Positions 21,089-29,188 of a DNA stretch of 64,000 bases are shown piece by piece (position 1 is the first letter of the stretch; each line of letters begins with the position of its first letter). The DNA is from Xanthobacter sp. GTDB lineage: Bacteria; Pseudomonadota; Alphaproteobacteria; Rhizobiales; Xanthobacteraceae. The notes under the pieces were generated by a model that searched no databases, was not told where the DNA came from, and saw only the letters and a list, made by a program, of their open reading frames with translations. The DNA is taken from positions 113,432 to 177,431 of the forward strand of contig JAUCBY010000002.1 in the NCBI GenBank assembly GCA_034676585.1, in the 5' to 3' direction. The translations under genes were made by a program, and so were the position numbers.

Positions 21089-22654
21089 TCAGTTGCTGGT
21101 GCTCTTGGCGTTGCCGCCTCGGCGCGGGCCAGCCTTCATGAAGCCAACACCGGCCATCTCGCCAGAAGGGCGCGGCCCACGCGGCCCGCGTGGATTGCGG
21201 TTCTCGGCGCGACCTTCTGGACGGGCATCCGCACGTGCGGGCTTGCGATGATCCGGGCGGCCTTCAGCCGTACGCGGCTCATTGTGATTGTCGCGGCGCT
21301 TGTCCTGCTGCGGTCCGTTTCCGGTTCCATTGCGCGGCGGACGACGCCCTTCACGGCGCGCACCTTCACCTGAACCGGCCTCAGCCGGACGGTCACCGCG
21401 TGGGCGTTGGCGCTGCTGGCCCTGACCGGGACCTCCCGGACGACGACCATTACGGGCGCGCGGTGCATCCTCGCTCCACTCATCCTCAACGATCGGCACA
21501 CCGGCCGGCACATCAAATGACGCCTGCGCACCACGACGGTCGCTGGACGGAATCTGGATGCGGATCAGACGTTCAATGGAACGCAGATAGGGCCGCTCTT
21601 CATGGTCACAGAAGGAGATGGCAATGCCTTCACGCCCAGCACGCGCTGTGCGGCCAATGCGATGCACATAGCTTTCCGGCACATTTGGCAGGTCGTAGTT
21701 CACCACATGGCTCACGCCGCTGACATCAATGCCACGCGCCGCAATATCGGTGGCCACCAGAACCTTCACCTTGCCTTCACGGAAGGCGGCCAGCACACGG
21801 TCACGCTGGTTCTGGGACTTGTTGCCATGGATGGCTTCGGAGGCGATACCAACACGTGCCAGCGAGCGCACCACCTTGTCCGCGCCATGCTTGGTGCGGG
21901 TGAAGACAAGAGCGCGGTCCACCGGCTCCTGCGACAGGACTTCGGCCAGCAGATCGCCCTTTTTGGCCTTGTCCACCAGCACCACGCGCTGCTCCACCTT
22001 GTCGGCGGTGCGGGAAACCGGGGTCACAGCCACCTGTGCCGGATTGTGCAGCATCGAGTTCGCCAGTTCCGCGATCGCACTCGGCATGGTGGCCGAGAAG
22101 AACAGCGAGTGGCGCTTGCGCGGCAGACGGCGAAGAATAGCCTTGATGGCATGGACAAAGCCCATGTCCAGCATCTGGTCGGCTTCGTCGAGGACGATCA
22201 CCTCCACCTGATCCAGACGCACGGCATGGTTATCCGCAAGATCCAGCAGGCGGCCGGGAGTGGCAACCAGAACATCCACGCCACGGAACAGGCTGCGCAC
22301 CTGCCGGCCCATGGGCACGCCGCCAATGGCCAGCGCGGAAGTCAGCTGGGTGTGACGGCCGAAGGTTTCAAAATTATCCTGAATCTGCCCGGACAGTTCC
22401 CGCGTGGGAGACAGCACAAGTACGCGCACGCTTTTCTGCTGCAACTGGCGCGGGTTACGCACCAGATAGTCCATGATGGGCAGGGCGAAGGCGGCGGTTT
22501 TGCCGGTACCGGTCTGGGCAATGCCGATCAGATCACGGCCAGCAAGAATTTGAGGAATGGCCTGCGCCTGAATCGGCGTAGGGGTCGTGTAACCAGCGTC
22601 GTTCAGGGCGCGGAGCACAGGCTCGGCAAGGCCGAGGGTAGAAAAAGAAGTCAA
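21089..22654 (-). CDS. rhlE: DEAD-box ATP-dependent RNA helicase (RhlE-like) with an Arg/Gly/Pro-rich tail
   Basis: Motifs AQTGTGKT, PTRELS, VLDEADQMLDMGF, SAT and HRIGRTARAG. No in-frame ATG lies near the N-terminus. The likely start is TTG 22654 (M)TSFSTLGLAEP, matching RhlE N-termini; the ORF-track start is TTG 22684. Confidence 0.9.
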   Translation of the reverse strand: MTSFSTLGLAEPVLRALNDAGYTTPTPIQAQAIPQILAGRDLIGIAQTGTGKTAAFALPIMDYLVRNPRQLQQKSVRVLVLSPTRELSGQIQDNFETFGRHTQLTSALAIGGVPMGRQVRSLFRGVDVLVATPGRLLDLADNHAVRLDQVEVIVLDEADQMLDMGFVHAIKAILRRLPRKRHSLFFSATMPSAIAELANSMLHNPAQVAVTPVSRTADKVEQRVVLVDKAKKGDLLAEVLSQEPVDRALVFTRTKHGADKVVRSLARVGIASEAIHGNKSQNQRDRVLAAFREGKVKVLVATDIAARGIDVSGVSHVVNYDLPNVPESYVHRIGRTARAGREGIAISFCDHEERPYLRSIERLIRIQIPSSDRRGAQASFDVPAGVPIVEDEWSEDAPRARNGRRPGGPGQGQQRQRPRGDRPAEAGSGEGARREGRRPPRNGTGNGPQQDKRRDNHNEPRTAEGRPDHRKPARADARPEGRAENRNPRGPRGPRPSGEMAGVGFMKAGPRRGGNAKSTSN

Positions 22655-23109
22655 GCTCAGTCTTTCATGGCAGGACAACGACAAGCTTCAGGGCGCAGCA
22701 TAAAACAGTCGCGCGGTAACACAGCCATGAAGGCAGTGCGCCAGGCGGGATATGCAGGATGCCCGTCTGCAGATGCAGTCTGCGGGATCTTTGACATCCC
22801 GCGCGGTCTGGGGTGTCCATTGAAAATATAATCGGGCAAAGCCGCCTGCGACGCCTTCAAGCATTGAAAGAAGGGTTCAGACAGGCCCCACTACGCGGCC
22901 CGAGAGCGCTCAAAAGCTCAAAACGGCTTTTCTTGAAGTATCAAAGCCTTTACCAAGCAGAGCGCTACAGGGCCGCATATGGCCTATCACGGCGACAATT
23001 TCAAGGCATTACCGCAATCTCTCGTTTTTTTGCCGTAGTGATCGTACACACGACGCAACGTAAACACGGATTCCGGCTCACAGGCGATACCGGAAACGGC
23101 GGAGATGAC

Positions 23110-23631
23110 ATGTTTGATTTTCAGGTCATAGTGGACCCAGTCACTACCTTCGTGAAGGAAAATCAGTCCCTCGCCCCGGCGATTGTGTTTGCATTGGCCT
23201 TTGGTGAGTCCCTGGCCGTAATTTCCTTTTTCATCCCTGCCACGGTTTTGCTGCTGGCCATTGGCGCGCTGGTGGAAGCCAGTGGACTCAGCCTGTTTCC
23301 GGTGTGGCTGGCCGCTACAATAGGCGCCATTCTGGGCGATGCCGTCTCCTACTGGTTCGGGTTCCACTACAAGGAGCGTGCCAAGCTGATCTGGCCGCTG
23401 AACAAGCACCCGGATCTGGTGACCCGCGCTGAAAACCTGTTTGCCCGTTTTGGCATATGGGCTGTTGCCATCGGTCGCTTCTTTGGCCCCATTCGCGCCG
23501 TTGTGCCCCTGATCGCCGGCATTCTGGCAATGCGACATCTCCAGTTCCAGATCGCCAATGTCTCCAGTGCAGCTGTCTGGGCTTTTGCCATGCTGGCCCC
23601 CGGCGCTATGGCGCTGAAGATGCTGCATTAA
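23110..23631 (+). CDS. DedA-family membrane protein
   Basis: LAFGESLAVISFFIPATVLLLAIGAL and GRFFGPIRAVVPLIAG are typical DedA/SNARE-associated segments. ATG 23110 is preceded by GGAG. The upstream 99 codons of the track ORF look non-coding. Confidence 0.8.
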   Translation: MFDFQVIVDPVTTFVKENQSLAPAIVFALAFGESLAVISFFIPATVLLLAIGALVEASGLSLFPVWLAATIGAILGDAVSYWFGFHYKERAKLIWPLNKHPDLVTRAENLFARFGIWAVAIGRFFGPIRAVVPLIAGILAMRHLQFQIANVSSAAVWAFAMLAPGAMALKMLH

Positions 23632-23695
23632 AACGCACATCCATTCCCGCATCTGGGCAAGCCGCTGCATCAGGCATTGTCCGCACCCTCAAAGC

Positions 23696-23714
23696 TGTAT
23701 ACTGTAAGATACAT
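23696..23714 (+). promoter_or_regulatory. candidate ModE-type operator upstream of modA
   Basis: TATAC-N7-TACAT (also the dyad TGTAT-N8-ATACA), 19 nt upstream of the modA ATG. It resembles the TAYAT-N7-TAYAT / TATATA dyad described for ModE sites. Confidence 0.4.
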
Positions 23715-23732
23715 CAATGAGGAGTTGGGTTC

Positions 23733-24545
23733 ATGACTGGTATCAAGTGGCCTCGCCGTGGCTTTGTCCTCGGCCTTCTGTTTGCATCTGCATTTTCCTT
23801 TTCCGCCCACGCAGAAAAGCCTGCCGCGGCAACAAGCGCCGGCTCGGCAACGGTTACCACTTTTGCAGCGGCAAGCCTGACCAATGCCTTCCAGGATGTC
23901 AGCAAGGCTTATGAGGCCAAGGGCAACCCGCCGGTCAAATTCTCTTTTGCCGCGTCTTCAGACCTTGCCCGCCAGATTGAAGCCGGAGCACCAGCCAGCA
24001 TCTTCGCCTCTGCTGACCAGAAGTGGATGGACTACCTCCAGCAACGCGGCCTCATTATCGAAGCGAGCCGGGCCACCCCCATCGGCAATGAACTGGTGCT
24101 GATTGCCCCGGCGAATGCAGACATCAAGGATGTCACCATCGACAAGTCGCTGGATCTGGACAAACTGCTTGGCCCCAATGGCAAGTTGGTCACCGGCCTG
24201 ACCGACAGCGTGCCCGTGGGCATCTATACCAAGACCGCCCTGACCAATCTGGGCCTGTGGGAACAGGCGCGCCCGCGTATTGTCGGCGCGGCCAGCGTAC
24301 GCGCGGCCCTCTCTCTGGTTGAGCGCGGCGAGGCACCTTTTGGCATCGTCTATGCCACCGATGCCGCTGTTTCCAAGAATGTGAAAGTGGTTGGCACCTT
24401 CCCGGCCGGCAGCCACCCGCCAGTGGAGTATCCCTTCGCACTGGTGAAGGGGCATGACACGGCCGAAGCCAAGGCGTTCTTCGAATTCCTCCTCAGCCCT
24501 GAGGCCAAGGACATCTACAAGAAATACGGCTTCTCGGTGCAGTAG
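23733..24545 (+). CDS. modA: molybdate ABC transporter substrate-binding protein
   Basis: Signal peptide, ModA-like periplasmic binding fold, and position ahead of modB/modC. GAGGAG RBS. Confidence 0.9.
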   Translation: MTGIKWPRRGFVLGLLFASAFSFSAHAEKPAAATSAGSATVTTFAAASLTNAFQDVSKAYEAKGNPPVKFSFAASSDLARQIEAGAPASIFASADQKWMDYLQQRGLIIEASRATPIGNELVLIAPANADIKDVTIDKSLDLDKLLGPNGKLVTGLTDSVPVGIYTKTALTNLGLWEQARPRIVGAASVRAALSLVERGEAPFGIVYATDAAVSKNVKVVGTFPAGSHPPVEYPFALVKGHDTAEAKAFFEFLLSPEAKDIYKKYGFSVQ

Positions 24546-24685
24546 GCACCTGATGCGATAGATCTTCCGCCTCCAGCGAAATTGCGCCTGTTCACATGCG
24601 GGCGCAATTTCCATTCTGCATCCTGAAACGCAAAAGCATCACGTTATGCAAAAGGCCGTCATGTTCGGCTCCGTCCTGTTTGGGA

Positions 24686-25381
24686 ATGCCCATGCTGACA
24701 TATGAGGAATGGGTCGCTGTCGGCCTCAGCCTTCGGGTGGCCTTCTGGGCGACCATCTGGACCATGCCGCCCGCCATTGTGGTTGGCTGGCTGCTGGCGC
24801 GCAAAGAGTTCCCCGGCAAGGGCCTTTTTGATGGGCTGGTTCATCTGCCGCTGGTGCTGCCGCGCGTGGTGGTGGGCTATCTGCTGCTTCTGGCGCTGGG
24901 GAGCCGCGGCTTTCTGGGCCAGTACATGCATGACTGGTTCGGTATCAATCTCATGTTCAGCACGGCCGGCGCAACTGTCGCCGCCGCTGTTGTCAGCTTC
25001 CCACTGATTGTGAATGCCATACGCATTGCCGTGGATGGCATTGACCAGGGGATGGAAACCGCAGCCCGCACATTGGGCGCGAGTCGGCTGGATGCGTTTT
25101 TCACCATCACCCTGCCGCTGATGATGCCCGGCGTTCTCTCCGGCTGCCTTATTTCACTGGCATCGGCATTGGGCGAGTTCGGGGCCACCATTACCTTTGT
25201 CTCGAATGTTGAAGGGCAAACCCGCACCATTCCGCTGGCCATCTACAGTGCCACGCATATGCCGGATGGCGATGCAAGCGCCATGCGCCTCACCATCGTG
25301 TCCATTCTTCTTGCCCTTGGCGCACTGATGCTGGCGGAAATGGCCAATCGTCGCCTCAAGCTGGCTCTGGGTCGGGTATGA
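24686..25381 (+). CDS. modB: molybdate ABC transporter permease
   Basis: Five to six TM segments and an EAA-type loop (ASALGEFGATITFV). Start at ATG 24686 or 24692 rather than the track start 24596. Confidence 0.9.
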   Translation: MPMLTYEEWVAVGLSLRVAFWATIWTMPPAIVVGWLLARKEFPGKGLFDGLVHLPLVLPRVVVGYLLLLALGSRGFLGQYMHDWFGINLMFSTAGATVAAAVVSFPLIVNAIRIAVDGIDQGMETAARTLGASRLDAFFTITLPLMMPGVLSGCLISLASALGEFGATITFVSNVEGQTRTIPLAIYSATHMPDGDASAMRLTIVSILLALGALMLAEMANRRLKLALGRV

Positions 25382-26499
25382 TAGAGATTGATGTCACCCT
25401 GCGGCGGTCCACGGGCTTCACCCTTTCCGCCAATATCACGGTTCCTGGCACGGGCATCACGGCCCTGTTTGGCCGCTCCGGCTCTGGCAAAACCACCATC
25501 ATCCAGATGGTGGCGGGGACCCTGACGCCAGACACAGGCCATATCACCGTGGGAGACGAGGTCTTCGTCGACAAGGCGCGCGGTATTGATCTGCCGATTG
25601 AGAAGCGCCATGTGGGGTATGTGTTTCAGGACTCCCGCCTGTTTCCGCACATGTCGGTGGAAAGCAATCTGCGCTATGGGTTGCGCCGGGCGCATGGGCG
25701 CAAAGAGATCATTGATCTTTCAACCGTGGTGGAACTGCTCGGTATTGGCCATCTGCTGAAGCGGAGGCCGCATACGCTCTCGGGTGGTGAAAAACAGCGT
25801 GTGGCCATTGGCCGTGCCCTGCTCTCGCAGCCGCGCCTGCTCCTGATGGATGAGCCGCTGGCCTCGCTCGACGAGATGCGCAAGCGCGAAATCCTGCCTT
25901 ATCTGGAACGGCTGCGCGATGATCTGCGCCTGCCCATTCTGTATGTCAGCCACTCTATCGAAGAGGTTGTGCGCCTGTCTGATACAATGGCGGCAGTCCA
26001 TGAAGGCAAGGTTGTCGCCAGCGGGCCGCTGGGTGAGGTGTTCACCCGGCCTGAGGCCCTGCCCGTGCTGGGACGCTTTGATGTGGGCAGCGTGTTTGAT
26101 TGCCACGTCTCATCCCATGCGCCGGATCTGTTCCTCTCCACCATCACTTTTCCGGAGGGGCAGTTGCGCGTACCGCTGGTGGACCTGCCTGAAGGTGCTC
26201 CCGTGCGGGCGCGTATCCGCGCGCGGGATGTGGCGGTATCCCTCACCCAGCCTGAGGGCATCTCCATCACCAATCATCTGCATGGCAGGATTGTGGAGTT
26301 AAGGCGCGAGGAAGGACCTTATGTGAATGTGGAAATCGCCTTGCCCAAGGCAGATGACATCACAGCCAAGGGACGCAGCCTACATGCGCTGATTACGGCA
26401 GAAAGTGCGGAAAGGCTGGCCCTGAAAGCCGATATGCCCATCTGGGCAATGATCAAGGCCGTGGCTGTGGACAGCCGTTCACCCCATTTCAGCACATAG
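25378..26499 (+). CDS. modC: molybdate ABC transporter ATP-binding protein with C-terminal TOBE/Mop domain
   Basis: Walker A GRSGSGKTT, signature LSGGEKQRV, Walker B LLLMDEPL. ATGA overlap with the modB stop. A roughly 130-aa C-terminal extension follows the NBD. Confidence 0.92.
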   Translation: MIEIDVTLRRSTGFTLSANITVPGTGITALFGRSGSGKTTIIQMVAGTLTPDTGHITVGDEVFVDKARGIDLPIEKRHVGYVFQDSRLFPHMSVESNLRYGLRRAHGRKEIIDLSTVVELLGIGHLLKRRPHTLSGGEKQRVAIGRALLSQPRLLLMDEPLASLDEMRKREILPYLERLRDDLRLPILYVSHSIEEVVRLSDTMAAVHEGKVVASGPLGEVFTRPEALPVLGRFDVGSVFDCHVSSHAPDLFLSTITFPEGQLRVPLVDLPEGAPVRARIRARDVAVSLTQPEGISITNHLHGRIVELRREEGPYVNVEIALPKADDITAKGRSLHALITAESAERLALKADMPIWAMIKAVAVDSRSPHFST

Positions 26500-26506
26500 G
26501 CCGGGC

Positions 26507-26902
26507 TTAATCCGCCGCTCCCGGCTCCGCAGCCGGAGAGGCAGGCTCTGGAGCCTCCACCAGAACAGCCATCAGTTCATCCAGAATGGAGCGGTTCGCC
26601 TGTAGCGAACGCTCCTCCATCTCCCGATAAAGCGCGATCAGCCGTTCACCAAAGGCCGTTACCTCCGTTCCCGCGCCGCGACGGCCGGGGTGGGTGATAA
26701 TCACCCTCTCCTCAAACATGCGGTTCATCTCATCCGCCAGCAACCAGGCGCGACGATAACTCATGCCGATGGCCTTGGCCGCCCCTAGAATGGAGCCTTC
26801 CTGACGCAGGGTTTCCAGCAGCAGAATCTTGCCCGGCCCAATCCGCCGCCCATCCGGAAAATAGATCCGTGTGAACAGGCGCGCGGCTTTCTTTTCGGTC
26901 AC
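26507..26902 (-). CDS. ModE-like winged-helix regulator, N-terminal DNA-binding domain only
   Basis: RIGPGKILLLETLRQEGSILGAAKAIGMSYRRAWLLADEMN matches the ModE/LysR-type HTH. There are no Mop domains. GTG 26902 is preceded by GGAGG at about 8 nt. Confidence 0.75.
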   Translation of the reverse strand: MTEKKAARLFTRIYFPDGRRIGPGKILLLETLRQEGSILGAAKAIGMSYRRAWLLADEMNRMFEERVIITHPGRRGAGTEVTAFGERLIALYREMEERSLQANRSILDELMAVLVEAPEPASPAAEPGAAD

Positions 26903-27078
26903 AGCACATCCTCCGCAACGATATGAAAGACGGTGCATGGTCTGCCATAAACAAGCAGCCCTGTCCGGTTTTTTCGTTTCCTTTTTCCCAGACCCTGCGC
27001 CCGGCATGCGCAGACATGGTTCCGACATTCTGCGCCGCTAGGTTTGCCTCTCGCATTCATAACCCATGGAAGGTCTTC

Positions 27079-28080
27079 ATGCATCCTGCCCCTCAAGGTG
27101 TCCAAGCCATCAACCACACCGCCCCATCACATTCTACAGGTGTGAAACTGGGCCTTGCCCTGGGCGGCGGGGCGGCGCTTGGATACGCCCATATCGGGGT
27201 TCTGGATGTACTGGAACGCAATGGCATCCGCCCTCATCTCGTCGCCGGCTCCTCCATTGGTGCGGTGATTGGAGGGCTTTGGGCAGCGAACAAGCTTGAT
27301 GCCCTCAGCGCATGGGCACTGCAACTCAGCCGCAGCGACATGCTGGGCCTGATGGACTTCACTCTGAATGGGGGGCTCATCGCCGGACGCCGCTTGAAAG
27401 CGCGGATGCGTCATGAAGTGGGCGACCTGTATCTTGAGTCCCTGCCCGTTCCCTTCACAGCTGTTGCAACTGAATGCCATACCGGACGCGAGGTCTGGCT
27501 CACGCATGGGGATTTTGTCAGCGCCCTGCGGGCATCCTATGCCCTGCCCGGCCTGTTCACACCCGTTCATCTGGGTCAGCGATGGCTGATGGATGGTGCG
27601 CTGGTCAATCCGGTTCCCGTTGCGCCCCTGCGGGCGGGTGGCGCCGATGTCATCATCGCGGTGGACCTGAACGGTGCGGCATTCCCCTCGGCCCAGCCCT
27701 TACATTATCATGGCGGGGAGAGAGATGACCTTCCACGGACAGACAAGAACGGCCCCGGCATCCAGACGCCCATGGACCTGCTGAACCCCGCGCGCCTGCG
27801 CGCGCAATTCTTTCCCGGCGATGACAAGAGTAGCGGTCTCAGCCTGCCCACCGTCATCATGGATGCACTGAACATCACACAGGACCGCATCACCCGCTCG
27901 CGGCTGGCGGAAGACCCGCCGGAAGTGCTGATTACACCTGCTCTACAGGATACAGGCCTGTTCGACTTCCACCGCGGCCACGAGATCATGGAGATTGGTC
28001 GCGCGGCAGCCGAGGCGGCCCTCCCCTCCATTCATGCCGCACTGCAATGCTGCGTAGCAGGCAAGCTACACGCAACCTGA
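27079..28080 (+). CDS. patatin-like phospholipase (RssA-like)
   Basis: GGGAALGYAHIG oxyanion loop, GSSIGAV (GxSxG), DGALVNPVP (DGA). ATG 27079. Confidence 0.85.
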   Translation: MHPAPQGVQAINHTAPSHSTGVKLGLALGGGAALGYAHIGVLDVLERNGIRPHLVAGSSIGAVIGGLWAANKLDALSAWALQLSRSDMLGLMDFTLNGGLIAGRRLKARMRHEVGDLYLESLPVPFTAVATECHTGREVWLTHGDFVSALRASYALPGLFTPVHLGQRWLMDGALVNPVPVAPLRAGGADVIIAVDLNGAAFPSAQPLHYHGGERDDLPRTDKNGPGIQTPMDLLNPARLRAQFFPGDDKSSGLSLPTVIMDALNITQDRITRSRLAEDPPEVLITPALQDTGLFDFHRGHEIMEIGRAAAEAALPSIHAALQCCVAGKLHAT

Positions 28081-28087
28081 CCGGCAA

Positions 28088-29173
28088 TCAGGACTTGCAA
28101 GGCAAGGAGCGCTCGGTGACGGCATAAATCAGAATATCAGGCTTGAAGCGATCAATCAGGCTCCGGTCAAACCGGCAATTGCGATGATGCGTCCAGACAT
28201 AAGCGGAACTGCGCTCGGCCAGCAGACCCGGCCAAAACCCCTGGGTAAATGAATCTCCAATCACCATGATGCGCGGCCCATCGTGACCTGTGGCAAAAGC
28301 CTGCACCTGGAAGGGATTCTTCGGGTCCGGAGGGGGCATGAGGTCTTTAAGAACCGTGAGCTTGTCTTTCGGGATCATCGCTCCCTTATGGTCATAATCG
28401 ACATCCGGCTTGTCCGGCACAGTCTCACCCAGCAACCGCAACAAATCGCCATCTGTGCGCGGTGAAGGTGCGCCAATAATCTCGGAAACGGGAAAGCCGA
28501 GGTCCGGGCGGCCTGCAGCCTCCATCACAGCATTGAAGGCAAGCGCGGCGCTGCGTGTATTCCAGTGCGTGTCAATCCGGCGATAAACAGGACCATCAGC
28601 CTTTGCAGCCTCAAGAACGGGGCGCAGATCAACAAAATTCACGCCCTTTTCTTTGAGGGACCGAGCCAGAAGATCATATTCTGTCGGAGAGCGTTGCAGG
28701 GCACGGGCATAGTCCGGCAACAACTCAGGATGCACCGTATGCGCATTCGGAGGCATGATCATCACCATGCGCCCGCCACTCGCCTTCATGGTGCTGTCCA
28801 GCTCGGCAGCAACACTTGCAATGGCTGCAACAGCCTCCGGCCGCACAAGCTGGCCCACGGATTGCTCCAGCGCCCAGTCTTCCTTGATGAAGAGCGCCCC
28901 ATCCTTGCCCTTCAGAACGCGCCCGTTATCACCGCCCCCCAGCCAGCGGCCATAGGTATTGTGAGCGGCGAGCACAGCGCCACGAAAGCCGAACATGTTG
29001 TTGATGTAAGGGTCCAGCCGTTGGGAGGCGCGCATCCACCAGCGCTCTTCCGGCGCAACAACAGTTCGCAGGGGAGCGGGCATATCCGGCATCACAAAGC
29101 CGATTGTCGGCAAAAGCAGCACCAGAAAAACAAAAACGGCCCAGTACCGGCGGAATTTCATGACCAGAGGCAT
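28088..29173 (-). CDS. AlgJ/AlgX-type SGNH-like O-acetyltransferase accessory protein (N-terminal membrane anchor)
   Basis: N-terminal TM (RRYWAVFVFLVLLLPTIGFV), DTHW motif (RRIDTHWNTRSA) and a C-terminal VIGDSF segment. Lies 15 nt downstream of the MBOAT gene. ATG 29173 is preceded by GGGAGG. Confidence 0.7.
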   Translation of the reverse strand: MPLVMKFRRYWAVFVFLVLLLPTIGFVMPDMPAPLRTVVAPEERWWMRASQRLDPYINNMFGFRGAVLAAHNTYGRWLGGGDNGRVLKGKDGALFIKEDWALEQSVGQLVRPEAVAAIASVAAELDSTMKASGGRMVMIMPPNAHTVHPELLPDYARALQRSPTEYDLLARSLKEKGVNFVDLRPVLEAAKADGPVYRRIDTHWNTRSAALAFNAVMEAAGRPDLGFPVSEIIGAPSPRTDGDLLRLLGETVPDKPDVDYDHKGAMIPKDKLTVLKDLMPPPDPKNPFQVQAFATGHDGPRIMVIGDSFTQGFWPGLLAERSSAYVWTHHRNCRFDRSLIDRFKPDILIYAVTERSLPCKS

Positions 29174-29188
29174 TGCAAATCCTCCCAC

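Noticed and set aside
21602-22831. 409-aa ORF on the plus strand
   Set aside because: It is antisense to rhlE, which has all the DEAD-box motifs on the other strand.
22813-23109. 99-codon N-terminal extension of dedA in the ORF track (GTG 22813)
   Set aside because: The extension is basic and low-complexity and has no DedA homology. ATG 23110 has a GGAG RBS and gives a normal-length DedA. Similar upstream over-extensions were trimmed for pepN, the PleC-like kinase, ccmF, ccmI, degP, modB, cutA, aapJ, tag, ygfZ, meaB, ppk2, maoC, the ACAD, ygiD, nhaP, ppiB, Anbu and both crotonases.
23632-23732. Possible Moco riboswitch upstream of modA
   Set aside because: The spacer is only about 100 nt, shorter than the motif, and shows no extended paired structure. 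An AT-rich protein-type dyad fits better.
27079-28080. Patatin-like phospholipase as a possible CBASS (CapV-type) or other defence effector
   Set aside because: There is no cyclase/CD-NTase, no other defence gene and no mobile context nearby. It sits among housekeeping genes and looks like an ordinary RssA-type patatin.
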